Below the pieces are notes generated by a model. That model searched no databases and was not told the DNA's origin. It saw only the letters and a program-made list of their open reading frames with translations. A stretch of DNA of 64,000 nucleotides from the human T2T-CHM13v2.0 reference genome, Homo sapiens: NCBI RefSeq assembly GCF_009914755.1, contig NC_060928.1; one strand, written 5' to 3'. A program made the translations under genes and the position numbers. This document shows, piece by piece, positions 58,914 to 64,000 of this stretch; the stretch's first letter is position 1; every line of letters starts with the position of its first letter.

Positions 58914-59746
58914 CCTAGATATTATTTGAGCGTTGCATAAAATATAAAATAATGAGTAGGTGGGCTTTTGACTGATCTCTATTATTTCATATTTCTCTTA
59001 TTGCAATAAGACAAATAAAATTATGATATGAGCCAGGCAGCTATAGTGTAGGCAGACCTTAAAGCAAACAAAATTACAAAAACAGGTGAAAAATAAAGAG
59101 ATATAAAAAGAATGTAACAGACTAATTTTGGCAAAAAGAAAGGAAGTATTGCAATATAATATTAGGCAAAACAGAATTTAAATAAAAAAGCATTTATTAG
59201 TTTTTAAAAGGCATATTTTACATTTATAAAAGATATAAGCCACAAAATAGCGTAACAGTAGTAAACTTTTATGCACCTGTGAGCACAGCTGAGAAACCTA
59301 TGAAGCAAAAGCTAATAGAAAAACCAATAAGAAATTGAAACTTTTATAATTATGTGAGAATGTGATACATCTCTTGTAGAAATAGGGAGACCAAATAGAT
59401 CCAAAAAAGGTAGTAAGTTTGTTCTAGTTTATATTAGTTCTCTCTTTCTCTCTCCCCTCACCCTTCTTTCTCTTAATATAAATAAAAGCTAATACTTTGG
59501 AAGACCAATAAAATAAAGTTTTGACAAGAAAATAAGAGAAAACACAAACACACACACAACCACAAACAGCATTAAAAATTAGAATGGAGTATGCCTCAGG
59601 TAAAAACAAAAATGTTTTTTAATTATAAGAGAAGATAAAAAATAATTTTGCTCCAGTAAATCTAAAAAGCTAGATAATATATATTATTTCCAAGGGAAAA
59701 AACTGACTCAAAAACTGGTAAAAACAAAACAAAATAAAACAAAACA

Positions 59747-60046
59747 GGCTGGGTGCAGTGGCTCACATCTGTAATCCCAGCACTTAGGCCGAGGCAGGCG
59801 GATCACTTGAGGTCAGGAGTTCAAGACCAGCCTGGTCAACATGTCGAAACCTGTCTTTACTAAAAATACAAAAATTAGCTGTGCATGGTGGCGGGCACCT
59901 GTAATCCCCTACTTGGGAGGCTGAGGCAGGGAGATTTGCTTAAACCCAGGAGGCAGAGGTTGCAGTGAGCCAAGATCACACCACTGCACTCCAGCCTAGG
60001 CGACAGAGCAAGACTCTGTCTCAAAAAAATAAAAATGAAAATAAAA
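59747..60046 (+). mobile_element. AluS (Sz-like), full length
   Basis: ggctgggtgcagtggctcac...cacttgaggtcaggagttcaagacc...poly-A. Confidence 0.93.
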
Positions 60047-62177
60047 GCTTAATGTATCAGTAACTACAAAATAATTTTTACAGACAAAACAAATGACACC
60101 CCTAAAAGTACACCCGGATGTTTTAAGGCAAGCCTACCAAATAAAGAACAGATCATTTTGTGCCATATAAATAAATCCAGAACATAAAGAATATTTTAAA
60201 CTTGGCATATAATTTTGATACCAAAGCTGAAAACATAATACAAATAAAAAGGTAGGCCTATATCACTTGTAAACATATATATACATCATAAATATGGTAT
60301 TAGCATATAAAATCCATCATTCTATGCCTAAGTAGGGCTTATGCAAGGAATACAAAGATTCACTATACAAAAGGAAAATTTGAGAAAAATAATCATTAAA
60401 CTTGGAAACAGAGGACCTGTATTGTAGTTCTAAATCATGCAGATCACTTACCCTGTCTGAGGGGTGATAGTGTTTATTTTTAAAAATCTCTTCAAACTTT
60501 AAAAACAAATTATTAAAAATAATATTTCAGAGAATGGGGAGAACTTTTTCACAATGCTCTTGTCAAGGATTATTAAGTTAAATGTCTTAAACACATATTT
60601 CTGTAAACATGAAAGTGTTTCCTGAGTCATAGCTATATGGCCACTCCTAGCCATTTAATGAAACACCAGATCTCTGAAGTGAAAGAAGAATGAGGATTAA
60701 ATAGTACTTACATTATGCTGATTACTCAAAAAGTAGTTACAGAAGGTAAATAACTAGGGTGGACCTGTAAATTAATAAGAGCCACTCAAGCACATTTAAT
60801 TGTCAAGAGTGAATCTACAAAAAAGCCAAAAAAACCTGAGAACCATTAAATCAAACAATTTAGGTGAAACATTATATTTTCTAGGCACAGACTGAATTAA
60901 CTTTAGATTATTCCTCTGCAGTTAACCTACATGAGACATTAATAATGAAGTGTTGTTATGCAACTTTATGAAGCATCATGACATAATGCAATATCCATGG
61001 ATGGAATATTATGCAACCAATAAAAATAAAGTTTATTAAGGATAAAAATATAACTTTAGAGAGAATATCTCTAAAATAATGGTAATTTTTAAAAGCAGAA
61101 CATAAAAATTTTGAACATAGTGTGATATTAGTGTATTTCAAATAAACACATTTTATATATACATGAAATGCATAATATATATAAGCTTTAGGTCCTCAAT
61201 ATCTACAGGCATTTGGATTCACTCTTTCCTTCAAAGTCAATGTTATGCCTTCTTCAATTTTTCTAAACTTTCCAGCCTTTCCTTGCTTATCTACCTCTGC
61301 ACGTAGTTCCATTTCTGGCACCAACTTCTTTAAGGTGGACACTCCCAATCCCATTATTCCTGAGAGGACCACTAACACAAGGCTATTGGTGTGAAGACCT
61401 TTACTAAAAATTGGGGATCACAGAGGGAAATTCCTATAACACATACAGGAAACTACCTAAAACAAGCTAGAATAAGGGCAGATTTCCTGACTGAGTGTTA
61501 AATCTATTGTAAAGTTACAAAATTTAAGCACTGTGGTACTGCATCCAGAATAAATGGATTGAATAAATGCTATATCCAAAAATTAAATCCAATATATGTA
61601 TATAAATTTAGAATATAATTTTTTAAGTGTTCCAAAACAGTAGGAAAAGAACAGACCCTTCAGTAGTCAACAAGAAAACTGGAAAACCACTTTTCTAAAT
61701 TAAGTTAGATTTCCCATCTGATGTTATATTCCACAATGAACTTAAGATGGGTTAAAGATTTATATATACAAAATGAAAACATTCAAATTAGACATTAATA
61801 AAAGTGAACATTGATAAAATAATCTTGCAGTAGGGGAAGGAATTTCTGAAACATAAGAGAAAAACCAGAAGTTTTAGAAAGGAACTAGCAAGTATACTTC
61901 CAAAAAGTGGTCCAAAGGAAATACCTAGGTAAGAAGACAAAGGTATAATTAAAATGGTGCTTGAGGGAGTGTTGTTTATACAGTCTAAATGTCTGAACTA
62001 ATTTAAACACCTACCAAGAGAATTGAGTGAAATAAATTATAATACTTCTATGCAGTTAGATATTATATTGCAATTGAAAATAATATATGTTTATATTTAT
62101 TGACACAAAAAGATGTCCAAAAAACTTAATCAGTGGGATAGAGAAGAAGAAGTTACAAAACAATATGTAGTGTTCGC

Positions 62178-62315
62178 TTTTTGTTTTAAAACAGCCTGGC
62201 TTCCTAGGCTGGAGTGAAGTAGCAATAATCATTGTTTACTACAGCTTTGAAGTGCTGGGCTCAAGCAACCACCCCGAGGTGGGACTACAGGAATGAGATG
62301 CCACAACCAGCTAAT
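62178..62315 (-). mobile_element. Degenerate Alu right monomer (AluJ/FRAM)
   Basis: ctaggctggagtgaagtagc...ctgggctcaagcaacc...gggactacagg...cagctaatt. Confidence 0.7.
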
Positions 62316-62317
62316 TA

Positions 62318-62448
62318 CTTATTTATTTATTTTTGTTTTATTTATTTATTTTTGAGACAGAGTGTCGCTCTGTCTCAAAACAGAGAGCCTGTTGCCCAGG
62401 CTGGAGTGCAGTAGTGTGATCTCAGCTCACTGCAACCTCCATCTCCTC
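62318..62448 (-). mobile_element. Alu 3' fragment with (TTTA)n tail, truncated at the L1 junction
   Basis: tttatttatttttgagacagag...gttgcccaggctggagtgcagtagtgtgatctcagctcactgcaacctcc. Confidence 0.85.
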
Positions 62449-64000
62449 GGTGTGGCCACACTGCTTCTTAAAGTGGGTCCCCAGTCCTGTTCCTCCTCAC
62501 TGGGCAGGACCTCCCAAATGGGGCCTCCAGCCACCCCCACCGATGTTTTCTGGCTGCTAGAGATTTGAAAATTTCCTGGGACAGACCTCCCAGAGGGAGG
62601 GGTGGGCTGCCATCTTTACTGTTTGGGCAACTTAGCCATTCCAGCCTCCAGGCTTTCGAGAGCCCAAGCCAGTCATGGGTGGAAGCAGTACCCCAGCACA
62701 GCATGGCTGCTCTATGAAAGTGGCCAGACTGCTTCTTTAAGCAAGTCTCTAATCCTATTCTTCCCAGCTGGGTGATACCTCCCAACTGGGGTCTCCAGTC
62801 ACCTCCTACAGGTGTGTTTGGGCCAGCAACTGGTCTGTACCGCCCTGGGACAGAGCTCCCAGAGGAAGGGTCAGGCTAGCATCTTTGCTGTTTTGCAGTC
62901 TTCACTGGTGATACCTATAGGGTACTAGAAGATCTGAGGTGACTAGGTACTGGAGTGAATCCCCAGCAAACTGCAGCAGCCCTACAGTAAAGTGGCCAGA
63001 CTGTTAAAAAAAAAAAAAAACCCAAATGTCAAAAGGTCAGCAACCTCAAAGATTGAAGGTAGATAAGTCCACAAAATGAGACAGTATCAGCACAAGAACA
63101 CTGAAAATTCAAAAAGCCAGAGAGCCTTCTTTCCTCCAAATGACTGCAAGGGTTCAGAGCTGGGTTCATAACTGGGCTGAGGTTGAGATGGCTAAAATGA
63201 CAGAAGTAGAATTCAGAATATGGATTACAAACAAACTTCACTGAGCTAAAGAATCACATTGTAACCCAATGCAAGGAAGCTAAAAATCATGATAAAACAT
63301 TGCAGGAGCTGACAGATAAAACAGCCAGTACGGAGAAGAATGTAATCAACCTGATAGAGCTGAAAAACATGATATAAGAATTTCATAATGCAATCACGAG
63401 TACTAACGGCAGAATAGACCAAGCAGAGGAAAGAATCTCAGAGCTTGAAGACTGTCTTTCTGAAATAAGAAAGGCAGACAAGAATAGAGAAAAAAGAATG
63501 CAAAGGAATGAACAAAGCATCCAAGAAATATGGGATTATGTAAAGAAACTAAATCTATGGCTGATTGGTGTACTTGAAAGAGATGGGGAGAATGAAACCA
63601 ATTTGGAAAGCATATTTCAGGATATTATCCACGAGAACTTAAACTAGCTAGACAGGTCACCATTCAAATTCAGGAAATGCAGAGAAGCTCAGTGACATAC
63701 TCCACAAGAAGACCACCCCCAAGACACATAATCATCAGGTTCTCCAAGGTCAAAAGAAAGAAAAAATGTTAAGGACAGCTACAGAGAAAGGCCAGGTCAT
63801 CTATAAAGAAAAGCCCATCAGATTAATAGTGCACCCCTCAACAGAAACTCTACAAGCCAGAAGAAACTGGGGGCCAATATTCAACACTCTTAAAGAAAAG
63901 AATTTCCAACCCAGAATTTCATATCCAGCCAAACTAAGCTTCATAAGTGAAGGAGAAATAAAATTCTTTTCAGACAAGCAAATGCTGAGGGAATTCATTA
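62449..64000 (+). mobile_element. LINE-1 (older L1PA, about PA8-13) partial 5'UTR plus ORF1, runs off the window end
   Basis: Reiterated 5'UTR units (actgcttct..aag..ggtccc/ctcccaa..ggg.ctccag); ORF1 coiled-coil/RRM/CTD sequence (agaatagaccaagcagaggaaagaatctcagagcttgaagac; gaatttccaacccagaatttcatatccagccaaactaagc). Confidence 0.9.

Larger units (their letters stand above)
58130..62180 (+). mobile_element. Fragmented ancient L1M (L1ME/MC-like) ORF1-ORF2-3' remnants
   Basis: A-rich + strand with L1-like phrases (aactcaattgatggacttaattgcagaatggac; aaacttttatgcacct; aatcttgcagtaggggaagg); boundaries approximate, interleaved with other elements and unique DNA. Confidence 0.5.

Overview
Primate (most likely human) AT-rich nuclear DNA made up mostly of transposable elements. 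No host protein-coding exon, RNA gene or CRISPR array can be supported. The ORFs I can recognise are broken LINE-1, ERV or Alu frames or low-complexity artefacts, and the rest are short chance-like ORFs. Main content: a MIR interrupted by an old ERVL LTR plus internal remnant (7.8-10.1 kb); an old L1M split by a near-full-length L1PB that itself carries THE1 and MER11 solo LTRs with perfect TSDs (10.3-21.2 kb); an MST LTR with a 72-bp-arm inverted duplication (22.1-22.6 kb); a near-full-length L1PA7-like element plus an Alu inside an MLT1 LTR (28.1-34.9 kb); a 7.5-kb LTR2/tRNA-Glu Harlequin (HERV-E mosaic) provirus with two different env remnants inserted in a MIR (48.1-55.7 kb); about a dozen Alus; and an L1 5'UTR/ORF1 running off the end. 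I found no convincing new biological system. The most notable signals are several fold-back or templated-insertion scars, the long hairpin, the splice architecture kept in the provirus, and a few strong minus-strand splice-site pairs including a recursive-splice-like AG|GTGAGT. Subfamily names come from recalled consensus sequences and need RepeatMasker/Dfam confirmation.
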